A stretch of DNA of 59,336 bases, the filler included, from Bipalium vagum (taxonomy: Eukaryota): NCBI GenBank assembly GCA_037834085.1. It is 3 parts of 3 records of this genome, joined end to end, with 100 filler letters (N's around TTAATTAATTAA, not from the genome) between each part and the next. Parts side by side here need not be neighbours in the genome. Positions count along the whole stretch, not along the records: positions 1 to 17,681 come from JBBMKC010056170.1; 2 more parts are not named here. The stretch is one strand, 5' to 3'. Of the stretch, positions 1 to 11,898 are shown one piece after another. A program made the translations under genes and the position numbers. Within the stretch, counting starts at the first letter, position 1; each line of letters begins with the position of its first letter. The notes under the pieces are model-generated. The model made no database searches. It was given only the letters and a program-made list of their open reading frames with translations, and was not told the origin of the DNA.

Positions 1-239
1 ATTTTTTCTTCTATGAGTGAAACGAATTGAAGAAAAAATGTATAAATGATTCTTACGTGTTACGTTGTATTTTGGTGGGTACCTGTCAGGTATTACTACT
101 CATGTCATAATGAATATTTGAGCCCAAACTGCCCGCCGAGAAAGGAAAAAAGTATCTCTTTTGCACCAAGGAATAAACCTATAGCAAATAATTATAGAAG
201 TAGTAATAATTATCCCGGAAGTAGTAATAAAAATTAATA

Positions 240-1463
240 ATGGAAAAATAAAATGTTTTAGATGTGGGAGAGATAACCACACTGCAAATGAATGCAGGTG
301 TATCAATTTACATTGCAGCAATTGTGGAAAATCAGGGCATATAAAAAGTGTATGTAAAGCATGAACGCTAATTAATAATACAAGGGATTTAACAAGACCA
401 TATTGAGGGAAAAATAAAATGTTTCAATTGCGGACAATATGGACATGTGCAGAGAAACAGTCCAAGATTTAAAAAGACGATAGTACATAGAGTAGAGGAA
501 TCAGAAAGAATAGAAAGACCAATGCCAGAATATATTAGACAATTAGAAAGTGCTATTAGAAGAAAGAAGTAAATATTATAGACAAGAGAATGAAGACAGA
601 GACAGGGAATACCAAATAGAAATGCATACAGTAAGAAATCCAGATTCACCTCCAAGAACATTAGAACAATTAAATCAAATAATGCCAGAATTAGAAGGAG
701 TACAAGTATCAAAGGAAGAAGTTATGGAACCTCTACAGGAATGGATAAGAGATCCGGTAGAACAAAAATATTGGACAACAGACGTGTTCCCTGCATTAAA
801 AAGTCCTTTATTAACACAATTTAAAGATAAAGAATTGACAGAAACAATACATAAAGTATTACAGAGTCCAGGAAATAGACATAATCTAATATTCAAGTTA
901 TTAAAAATGCTTAAAGAGGCGAAACCTCCAGGTTCATTAAGTAATAGAGCAGTAAAAAGTTTTTAAGTAACAATAATATGGGAGGAAGGGTATAAAACAA
1001 AGCAAATAGTGAATCCTTTGATGACGGTGACTGAATTAATATAGAAAATAAGTAGTCAGCATTACGAAAATTGGTTAATTTTATCAAAACAGCCAACAAA
1101 AATTCAAAAGAAGAAATTCTATAAAGTCGATATGTATTCAAAAAAGGAAAAGAATCAAATACAATTTGAACTTCAAAAATGGATAAAAGAACCAGAAAGT
1201 CAGGAAAATGGGAAAGTGAAGTATTCTCAGCATTATGAGACTGGAGAATAAATCAATATGAAATGCAAGAATTGGCACATGAAGTTTTAAAAAGCTTAGG
1301 AAAATCTATAAATTGGAAATACAGGTTAGCAAAAATCAATAAGGACCCTAACATCCCAAGTATATGGAGTAATATGGTGGTAAAAAATTACAAAGTAAGC
1401 ATCCAATGGCCGGACGTATTTCCTTCAATCATAATGGTCGATCCATACACAACAATAGAATAA
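240..1463 (+). mobile_element. Degraded gag-like retroelement ORF with three tandem CCHC zinc knuckles
   Basis: Translation from about 239 gives CFRCGRDNHTANEC and CSNCGKSGHIKSVC (CX2CX4HX4C). After two in-frame TGA stops comes CFNCGQYGHVQRNS (last C lost). Purine-rich coding continues through ORFs 550-966 and 1263-1463 with frameshifts and no introns. Confidence 0.7.
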
Positions 1464-2715
1464 TTAAAAATGATATTTTCTTTAATTAGATATTGTCATT
1501 TTGATTTTAGTAAAAGAAAAATCTTTTAAAAATTTGTAAAAAGTTTATTAAAAATAAGTTTTAAAAAATCATTTTGTTGCCTTATTTGTGATTGGTACAC
1601 TACCTTAAGGAGTCAGATAAAGGTAAATTACACACATCCTCACCTTCACTAAACTTAACATCTTTATTTTTATGATAATATACAAAATGTAATTTTTACA
1701 AAAGTATTTATGTTCGAAATGACAATTTTTATTTAAAAGTAGAACTCAATCTACACTAGGAAACGCTCTGAAGAAACAATAGAAAATCTAACAACTAATT
1801 TGTTAGATTGTAAATGGTGGAAAAAACAAAAAGAAGAATCTGGAAAATTTAATAATTTAAACAAAAACAATAACGTAAAATAATATTCCATATCTGTAAA
1901 ATTTTTAATTAATTATTTTTGTGAATCTAATAATCCACTAACACTGTTTTTAGGAGTTATAATAAACTTAATAATATTAAAGATTTTTCTATTAATTATT
2001 ATAAACTAATTTTTTGAAGCTTTTGTAAACAGCGAAATTATGATTTTCGCCTCTCTATTTATACTATTTTTTAGAGGTTTTATTTTTATTTTGACGTAAT
2101 TTTATTTTTGGCCTAATCATAATAAATATTTTTTATATGGAAAATTGGTAATTATAATTTACCATTTTTCCATGTTATAATTTTTATTACTATTGTTATC
2201 ATATTAAAACAAAAAACATAAAATAAAAATAACATTAAAATAATTAACAGAAATTATTATATTGTCATCTATGATAAAATTAAAAAATCCAAATATAAGT
2301 CTTGGATACAAACACATCTAATTATAATTCTGAGATTTCTTTAAGTAAAGATTTAGTAAAGTAGCATTCAAGTAGATATGATAAGAACTGAATTTTCAAT
2401 ATTTTCATCAATTTTAAACATATTTCGTAATGCCAGAACAGATGGCTATGATTCTTTATTGCAATCAATAATGTCTAGTGTCAAGTATAATCCTGTTGTT
2501 TTCCTTCCATCAATGAATGATGAGTCAGACAATATTGAACACACCTACTCTCAAAAAGGCACAATCTTGATTTTCCGACAAATATCCACTCCAATTATTC
2601 TCCACACACAAACCAACACACATCGACTCCAGACACACGAACAAGTCTCACAGTCCCAAACTTCCTGCCACTCTCCCAGCTACTACCACAGGAAAGATCA
2701 ACACATGCTTTAGAT

Positions 2716-3000
2716 CAGGCATGTCAAACATGCGGTCCATTTCAAGTATTCTAACAGCCCCACAAATTTATATCTCATGCCGATTTCCTTTCTATATTTG
2801 TTTGTTAAACTACATTCACTTTTGTGTTCGCATTCTTGAATATAACCAAACGATTGCATTTTTTTAAATTACTAGTAAAAGAAAAATATTCTGCAATAAT
2901 TTTTATTTAACGACTTTAGTTATATTATTAAAGTGCGGCCCTAATGATACACAAACTGATTCCTATGGTCATCGCAAAGACTCTGAATTTGACATGCTTG
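2716..3000. mobile_element. hAT (Charlie-type) non-autonomous MITE, 285 bp
   Basis: TIRs are CAGGCATGTCAAAC and (reverse complement) CAAGCATGTCAAAT. A perfect 8-bp target-site duplication CTTTAGAT lies at 2708-2715 and 3001-3008. Confidence 0.93.
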
Positions 3001-3913
3001 CTTTAGATTATTGTACATTTGTTTAGGATTTAATATCGCCAATCTTAAGTGATACCTTTCACATTCGTATTGATCTTAGAATTTTTTGCTATATTTCAAA
3101 TCAATTCGACGTCATCTTTTGGTATCTGCTATATTTTCCATCTACCTTTCTTGTTTATTACTCTTTCATAATTGACCAATTTCATTTGTAAGTTCCTCCT
3201 TTCCAATTGATTTTAATTTTTAACTATAACTATTTAATATTTTATTGACATACTCTTAAGTAGAAATTAACAGATCAATAACTAAGTAAAGTAATTTAAT
3301 GAAAATATATCCAAAACTCTTTACCTGAAAATTCTTCAAATCACAAATGGCATATTTGAACACATATCTTACAATTGTTTACTTAATATGTCAATAATAT
3401 AATCCAATGCCCTTTTATTAGTAGACTAACTGTAAAAACAGATTGTTCATTAATTTTATAAAATCAATAGGTTTAACTGTAAATTTTAAGTTATCATTAT
3501 TGATTTAAAACAAAATTTTTTTCAAAAATAATTTATAAATGAAAAAACTTCTGCAACATTTAAAAATGTATATGGGTACAATAAATATTGTACCCATATC
3601 CTTGATTCCTTTCTTAGAAATGTTAAAAATAAATTATTCGATACTGAAAGAAATGATCAATGAAATTAATTATCTTTCAATAAAAACAACTTCGTATCAA
3701 CTGACTCATAGAATCAAAAACAAGACAGCAATGGACAAAAACAATGAATAAATATATAATACCAAAGATGATATGGGTCTAGTAGCAACAATGTAGATTC
3801 AATACCGACAAAATGAAAATTAAGAACAAATATACATATTTCTAATCATATTAACACAATCAATATTTTTTACAATTACAATCGATAACATTGCCGAGCT
3901 GAGCATCGCGACA

Positions 3914-5169
3914 CTAACAGAACTGAAATAAAAATATAAATCATTATCAATTTGAAAAAAAACAATTTAAAAAAATATATAATTACCTTCCATCTATGAC
4001 CGCAATTATTACAAAAAGCGAATGTTGTCATCGGTTCATCAGCACTTCTCGTTTGGACTTGATTGTACGAACAGCGAGACTGGCGACATTTTGGGCATTT
4101 AAGCAGATCGGTTTCCGTGCCTCCGCCAACAGACAGTTGCGATTCGTGAATAACTTCGTCCATATATTTGTTTCTCAAATCTTTCATTTCTTTACTGGCC
4201 ATGTCCTAAATAAAAAATCAAAAAAACAATTTTAAAAAAATTAATATGATCTCAATAAAGTATAGGTCGATCACATTCATATATTACTTCAGATGACATT
4301 ACTGCCAATTTCTCAGCAGAAACAGAACCTGCTAATACGTTTAGCCTTAATTCCACGTTGTTTTGGTCTCGCAAATTCATTACACGAGTTCGAACACGCT
4401 GTTTATATGCTGGACCCGAGTTCAGAAAAACATTGAAAATTGCCGTTTCAATTTGTACAGATAAATATTCGGTATCGTAAGAACCTTCGGGAACAGCTAA
4501 ATAGTATTTTTGGAAATTATTTATGCATAAATCTTTTTTCAATTCTCACGTCCACTCTCTAAGGCCTGATTAACCATCGATCTTGCTTTTATCCTGAATG
4601 GGTCGTTTGTGTCTGTATTTCTTTGAAATATTTGTTTTGACGGGTGGTTAGAACTCTCCTTCGATCTTGAATTGATAATACTGCTATGATTACTATTTTC
4701 ATTAGATGATTCAACCGACGATTCCAATTTCAAGCGCTTTTCGGTGACACCGTTTTGCTTTTCATCGTCACTAGATCCATTATCACTTTCTCTTCCAGAT
4801 GAATGATCATCACTTACACGCCTTTTTGTAGTCTTTGCATCTGAACACAATTAATCAAATAAATACTCACAAGTTAGTTATTACTTGGAACCAGTTTTTT
4901 CCATTGCTTAATCAATTGTTTAGCCACAGCGGTTACCGAACAATCTTTACACTTTTTACGAAATTTATTTATAATTAGTCCAATTCCAGTTTTTGTTAAA
5001 ATATTTAAAGTCATTTCAACACTGCTTAATCTCTCCATATACCTAATTATGGTTTCAGGGTCCTACTTTTATATAACATAATTAACGTTGATAATAAATT
5101 AAGTTTAACTTCTTCATTCGAATCTAATATTTTCTGTAATCTTTTACAAATCTTAAAGGTTTCTTCCAT
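3914..5169 (-). CDS. TCEA: Transcription elongation factor S-II (TFIIS), 6 exons, 321 aa
   Basis: Exons 5169-5110, 5062-4885, 4840-4550, 4496-4288, 4205-3987, 3922-3914. All introns are GT-AG, phase-consistent and 44-82 nt. N-terminal domain ([15 protein letters not shown]...[12 protein letters not shown]), central domain ([14 protein letters not shown]), and C-terminal zinc ribbon CPKC...[25 protein letters not shown]. Confidence 0.97.
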
Positions 5170-5929
5170 TATAATACCTCGTAAATACACTTAGTAAATT
5201 TAAACAAATTTAAAATAATTTTACTTTCATTTTGTCTTTAAATATAATAAAATATACTATAATAGTAAATACTAAAATAATTATACATTTTATCTTTCAC
5301 ATTTACTAAATAAGCTAAAATATGAAGAAATTAGGCAAGATCACAAATCTTTTAATTTTAATAATTTGGAAAGGAATTCTGATAAATTCTCACAAGTATC
5401 TGGAAAACTTAAATGTTAAACTGATTTCAAAATTGATATTTCAATATAATTTTGATAATTAATATTTAATTATTATTAATTTGATCAAAAATCTTTATTT
5501 TACTTATGATTAATTAAATATTAAATAATAATTCGATTAAAATTGAGTCCGACATTACCAGTATTAATATTCTAATATTAACCACCTATGATTAATCGAG
5601 CTCGATCTATTATTATAATTAGTTTCCTAATGTAATCACATTGCTGATTTCGCCCAAGATACTTTCAAGCCAAAAAACTTTTTAAAAATGTCAATAATAC
5701 CACTAATGCTTGTGAAGCCAGTCAGTGACCAGATTGGTCATATATTAAATCGTATCAATGCCTGATAATGAAATTTAAAAAATTAATATTCAAATCATTA
5801 ATAAACTTCACTGTTAATTACTAATAGAAAAACAATCAAATCCAAAATATAGTTCAAAAGATGGTAATTAAGAACAAAAATGATTAGTTTTCAAATTGAT
5901 AATCAAATTTACAAAGATTGTTGATTAAC

Positions 5930-6560
5930 AAAAGATTTTTAAAAATCACTCCACCAACTCAAGATGAGCCTACCCTTGGATCGTCGTTTAAAACATAGGA
6001 CGACTGAAATCGATATGATTGACTCTATCGTGTGATGACATCATCGTGAACATATTTTGGAATGATTTAAATATCAATATAAAAGGCACTGAAGTCCTCA
6101 ATGGAGTGCCACAAAAAAAGTTAGAAGAATTTTATTTTCTTTGATTAAAGAGCCTTTAGAAAGAAACATATATTGACTGGAAGAAAACTCATTGGTGAAA
6201 AATTATTGTTTATAACTATTTTTATAAGTGTATCGGACTTGTAAAGCGACCCTATGACCTATCGTCTTCCAAATTGGCAAGAGTTGGTATTTAGTTTATT
6301 TTTAACATTTAATCTTAATTTTTGAACTTGACTTCATTCGATTCATTATTTTTATTTGATTTATTGTTTTCATTCGATTTGATATTTGAATCAATTTTAT
6401 ATTTGTAGATTGCTTTTGATATTGTTTATTGATTGTTGAAGATAAATTGCTATTAGAGATCCATTTGTTGTGTGATATTCATTTGTGTATCTTTGTTTAT
6501 AAAATAAATTTTTATTGTTATGGATTTGATTAAAACATTTTAAAAAATGGTTAGTAAATT
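5930..6560 (+). repeat. Solo-LTR-like segment (putative)
   Basis: A GC-richer core is followed by a T-rich TTGATT/TTCGAT tract and AATAAA, the same layout as the segments at 13.2, 16.8 and 26.3 kb. Boundaries are approximate and no TSD was found. Confidence 0.3.
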
Positions 6561-7536
6561 TACAATCTAAGTATTTTGAAAGGTTTCCTAGTAATATAAA
6601 ACATATGTTCTTCAGGATTCGGCTTTGACTTCGCCAAATAGAATCTAATTATTTTTAAACTATTATTAATACATTTTTTATTAATTATGTAAATTTTTAT
6701 TCTATTCGTTATAATTCATATTATTATTTAACCCTACAGTATATACATAAATAGGTATTTTACGCTTAAGTTTATTATGACTTTCTTCCAGTAATGTTTA
6801 GTGTTTTTTTGCAGGGCACACGGCTTTATAAGTTAGAGCTTAAAAATTTAAAATTATTCTATTTTGACTTTTTCTGTAATATCATAAAGATCTCATAAAT
6901 AGTTGTTACAAACTTTGGTATGAACCATAATTTAAAAATTCATATTAAATACATATCAGTTAATCTGTGACTTCATACAACTATAACCATTTTCAACAGT
7001 CTAAAATATATATAATCAGTTTTCTTAAGGTTTATATTTTCCATTTTAAAATTAACGTAGACAAGATTTCAAATTCAAAAAAGTGCATGGGGGGAACTGC
7101 TAATGTGAAATTATTTTCGTTATGTTATTATAGATAACATATATCTATTGACTTCTCCAGCCTATCTTGGTTATTAATACACATTTTATAAGTAATTTTT
7201 GAAAAATAACTTTCACCAAATTGAGAATTGAACACAAAAAATGTAGAACCCTGTATTCAACAAATCAGCTAAAAAACACTTTCATTTTTTGTAAATCTGA
7301 AGAGCTTTAAAGAATCACATGTAAACAGAAATTAAGCTTTAATTTCAAATCATTTCCATTGAAGTGATTCTTTATATTCGAATAAAAACTTTCTCATATC
7401 AAGCTTTATATATGTATTAATACTGCGAATTTTCCAAAACCAATGAAAATAAAATATTTAATTCTCTTTATCGGGAAAAAACTAAAAGAGGTTTGGTGAA
7501 ACACGAAAAGAGATTTTACTGATTAAAAATAAAATA

Positions 7537-8047
7537 TCACCAAACATCGAAAATAATCTAAGAAAAAAGATCCAAATACGACAAAAACATAAGAAGTATG
7601 ACTAATTAACCTCGATCTCAGCCACATCGAGATCTGGATAATCGTCACAGCTAGAGTTTCCATCCGATTGATTATAAAAACTAGTTGATAACAGAAACAG
7701 ACAACTCCGAGCCCGCTGAATGGTTTCTGTCTCTATAACGTAACATCGCAATGAATTGTGACTTTGTTCCAATTGTGGAGATGAAACAATAATCCTTGAA
7801 TCGGTAATGAAACTTCGAGCTCTGTGACGAAATTTGTGTGCCTTAGAACACTTTCTTTGGGATTGCAATGATCTATAATAGAAAAAATCGACGTTTTTTA
7901 CACTGTTATCCAATCAAAACAAAAGCGATGTTACTTGGTATCCTGACTTTCTGATTGGTCGTTTAAAATTGGACTTTGTATTGGTTTGAAGGCTGAATTT
8001 TCAGTTTTAATGGCATTTCCCGAATATCGGGGGCTAAATGCTCTGAT
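7537..8047 (-). CDS. Partial multi-exon gene, unknown Ser-rich protein (3' exons)
   Basis: Exons 8047-7935 (IRAFSPRYSGNAIKTENSAFKPIQSP...), 7872-7611 (SLQSQRKCSKAHKFRHRARSF...DDYPDLDVAEIE) and 7557-7537 (IIFDVW*). They are joined by 62- and 53-nt GT-AG introns with matching phases, and GC is elevated. The start codon is unresolved. Confidence 0.6.
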
Positions 8048-8685
8048 CTGAAGTTTGTAAAAATCACGATCATAAATTTTTGACTAGCTCAGAATAAATT
8101 ATTATTGAGTGCTTTGTAGATTTTAAGAGACGAACAAGTTTTATAAAAAGAAGACTCGCCTTGTACAAACTGATTAAAGAATAGTTTCATGATTTTAATG
8201 GGACAAATATCAAAAGATCGATGTTGTGTTTATTTTATGAGGTTGGAAACAAAGTTCTCGCACTATTTTGTTATATGCCTTTTTAAAATTATTTATTGTT
8301 TTATTGTATTTTCAATGAAATCATTCATAATAAAAATAGTGCGAGAACTTTGTTTCCAACCTAATAAAAATTTTCACAATGAAAAAAAGAATTATTTTAT
8401 CTACTATTTATTTCTAAACTATTTTTATCATAATTTTAATTTGTGTTGAGATTTCCCCGATTTTTTAGTTTTTCAATTTTTGATAAAATCATTTCTTCAA
8501 TATTTTTTAATAGATTAAGTATTTTAATATTAAATTTCATGCAAAATTAAAAAATATTGATATTTCGAGAATCACAAGTCTTTTAAAATTGCCAAATTAG
8601 ATATCTAATTTAGAATTAATTAATTATTCTAGAATATATTATAATCTTTGAATTAATTAAGAATTTCAATATTTTTTTATTTTAA

Positions 8686-9050
8686 TACCGTTTTTAATGC
8701 AAAAATATTTCTGCCCAAAGATAGTCTTACACGTTAAAGTTTAAATTAGATGCTTTAGGTATCTCTAATAGGCAATTGAGATCGTGAAGAAATAAAGATG
8801 AATTTTAAATCAACCATTCAAAACAATCCAAAGGCATATGGGATCAGGTAGAAAACCGTTGTTTCCTGACATAGAAAGTATTTTATTGGGCTGTCTTAGA
8901 GCGAAAAAATGTATCTAATTTTATAACTAGTAATAATAGGATCGGAAAGTTCATGAAAGAAATATGTTAAGCTCAAGGAAAATTACTAGTTTTGGGAAAG
9001 AAGATTATCAACCAATAAATGAATTTAAAATGATTGTAAATAAATAACTA
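8686..9050 (+). mobile_element. pogo/Tigger-like transposase N-terminal remnant
   Basis: Disrupted translation R*SYTLKFKLDA-LGISNRQLRS*RNKDE (Brinker-like HTH), followed by MGSGRKPLFPDIE (start of a CENP-B-type HTH). Confidence 0.55.
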
Positions 9051-10229
9051 CAGTTAATTTTAAAACCATTCTAATTGATGCAGAAAGAATTTTAAAAATG
9101 GAAACAGGAAGCAATATATTAATGAAAAATTAAAAACTATATTGAATACAAATGATCGTGGAAATAATATTGCAGCTAACGAAATGAATGATTCTGAAGA
9201 AAAAGTAAATTGTATGCTTATTGAAATGATAAATTTGAACAAAAATGTTGACCTAATACGCGTACTTTCAATATCTATATTAATGTTTTAAAATAGATTT
9301 ACCTTTATCATATTTCTAAACTATTTTATATATTTAGTACAGGTTATTGAAAGCAATTTTTTTTATTAGAAATCCTCGGAAATCGGGTATGTCCACTGAT
9401 TAATAGAAAAGTCTAGCTATTGCACTGTGATTTATTTTTGATAGAATACTTTTATGCAATAAAAAATTGTTCTTGGATTTAAATTTATGACTAGTTAAAA
9501 TTCCAATGATGACATTTGGCAAACATACCTGTAGATTCATTTATCTGTATCCATAAAAATTATCTTTAAAGCATTTCTCATATACTTTATTGTCCAAGAT
9601 AAATATTTTAGCATACTTAGATCTCAGTATAGTCTCTGAACGAATAATGAATTCTGTATATTTCCTAAGAAAATTGTCTTCTTTGATCTCTATTTTTTGG
9701 TTATTTTAATTGGAAGTGCTTTATGGACTTTAAATGTTATTTTACTAAAATCAGCCTTTCTGAAGAAACTGATTTGCTGAAAATTTCACAATTTTACTAC
9801 CAGTTTATAATTCTAGATAGGTTAATGCATAACCATTTGATTGTTTTCGACATTTTAATTAAAGATATGAAAATTACTTAAAATGAAAAAACTCGAATAA
9901 TTTAAAATTGAACTATGTACTGTTTTTAATGTAATAAATATTATTAAACAAATATGTTTATATATATTAAATGAAAATACGTAATTGAATATTTTTGGTT
10001 GCATAGTATTAAATATCACATTTTAAAGAAAGGCAAACAATGTATTGTTAAATGGTTTTCAATCAGTTCTATTGTACATATAAATATGATTTTTTGAAAT
10101 TATGTAAGCGTTTAATTGTTTTAATAAGTTTAAATTTGTTAGATTTATGAAGAGCATACGAAATGCTGCTAAAAAATTGAATATAATTTTAAAACAGTAT
10201 ATAATTTGTTGGAGAAGATAAAAAAAAAT

Positions 10230-10380
10230 TTTCAACAAGACGAAGCTCCTGCTCATTACTAGTTTGAATTTAGAACTTCAATTTTCACCGAAAGTCGATT
10301 GGAAGAGCAAGACCACCTTATTGGGATGCAAGATCACTAGATCTCTCTTCAATTGATCTTTTTATTAGGGGATATATATC
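10230..10380 (+). mobile_element. Tc1/mariner-superfamily transposase catalytic fragment
   Basis: FQQDEAPAHY ... IGRARPPYWDARSLDLSSIDLFIRGYI resembles the QQDGAPPH/WIGR/WPPRSPDLTPLDFFLWG motifs. Confidence 0.7.
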
Positions 10381-10389
10381 CAGGTTCTT

Positions 10390-10900
10390 ATCAACCACCT
10401 GGTTCCCTCGGAAAAATTTTCTAATGCAAAAGACTTGCTAACTCTAGTCTTTGATGTGCTTTGAGGACCCACCCATTTCTTTCTTTACCTAAAGTTATCA
10501 AAGAAACCAGATTTCTTGTTTCCCGTTATGATTCTGTAAAGAAATAGTTATTTGTGAGAATATGTTCCATGTTGTTGAGTAAGACATTGAACAGACGATC
10601 ATATTTTTTTTTGTTTTGGGTGAGATGAGTTGAAAAAATCCATTGTTCGAAGATGAGGACGATTGTCAGTGCACTTGTATTCCTTTTCTTAGCCACATCT
10701 CTGCAAGTTTGACGACCATCCTTTATGAAAATCATGTTTAATTCTTCCTAGTCGAACGTGGTTGGCCAACTACTAGAGGGCTTGTCATGAAGATCAAAAT
10801 TTCATTTTTGGAGTTTTGTGTACCATTCTTTAGAAGTACGCCTTCTTGATAAACAGTACAAACATTTTGAACTACTTCGGCAACTTTCTGGCTTTTTAAT
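10390..10900 (-). mobile_element. mariner transposase remnant
   Basis: Minus-strand IKDGRQTCRDVAKK (HTH2) and FLYRIITGNKK (degenerate TGDEK), with frameshifts. Confidence 0.55.
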
Positions 10901-11099
10901 TACATGTCGGAAATTCTGTTTTTTATTTAATTGGCATTAGAGTTCTAAAGTTTAAAAAAAATTAAAAATTAATTGGCATTTAATACGATTACTATATTTT
11001 TGCAGAGCAGAAAAAGAGAATTCAAAAGAAAAATACAAAAAGCGATAAATAACAATAGTGCGGGGTTAAACAAAACAAAAAATTAATAAAATCATTGAA

Positions 11100-11480
11100 A
11101 TTTATGTTACAAACCAAAAGTAACTCTGCATACTACGCAAATTATTGGACCAACTATATCCAATGATTCACGAAAGGAACCTGATTTACAGAAAAGGTCT
11201 TTCTTAAGCAAGATTTTTATGTCAATGGCAAAAATCCAAGAATTGAATTATTATTCGCTTGATCAAACCATATTATTCTCCAAGTTTAGCTCCGTCACTT
11301 TTGACTTTTTAGAAGCTTAAAAATTTTTTCTAATGGAAGCGTTTATCATCAAGTGAAGAATTTATGTCAACCATAGACTATTATTTTACAGAAATTTCGG
11401 AATTGAAGTTCAAATATGGAATATAATCAGGGAACTGGATTAAGTATGTTTAATTTTTAGGAGATTATGTTCAATAATAA
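11100..11480 (+). mobile_element. mariner transposase C-terminal remnant
   Basis: MAKIQELNY...PYYSPSLAPS resembles YSPDLAPSD, followed by degraded C-terminal sequence. Confidence 0.55.
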
Positions 11481-11898
11481 AAGCAACTTCATTAAAAAAA
11501 ACTAACATTGTTTCATCTTCTCTTTCATAAATCTTCACACAATCTATTTTTTTATTGATATTTAATTAATAGTCACTTCATTTTATAAATATTATTTAAT
11601 TTTATAACTAATTCATTATTTAAACAAATATTTTATAATACTAATATTTTACATGTTTGTCAATCATGACTTCTTTGACATTTAGGTTCAAGTGCAATCT
11701 AAAATTGCACAACAAAAACGTTTAGAAACACAAGTGCAGTTTGAAAAGAATGAAAAAACTTTATATAATTGATTGAATATGTAAATTATTTTAAAAATCC
11801 AATTCAAAATTTTAACAAAATTATTTAATTTAAGTTTAGTCTTATTTCATTTTAACAATTATACAAGTTAAAATTAAAAAAACTTATTTCTAAAGCTA

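Noticed and set aside
362-407. In-frame TGA codons in the gag-like ORF and at Trp positions of several transposases, suggesting an alternative code or readthrough
   Set aside because: Intact genes use TGG for Trp and have no internal TGA. These stops occur only in elements that also carry frameshifts, so they reflect ordinary decay.
100-1141. Hydrophobic minus-strand ORFs (100-321, 389-712, 675-896, 911-1141)
   Set aside because: They are antisense shadows of the purine-rich gag-like frame.
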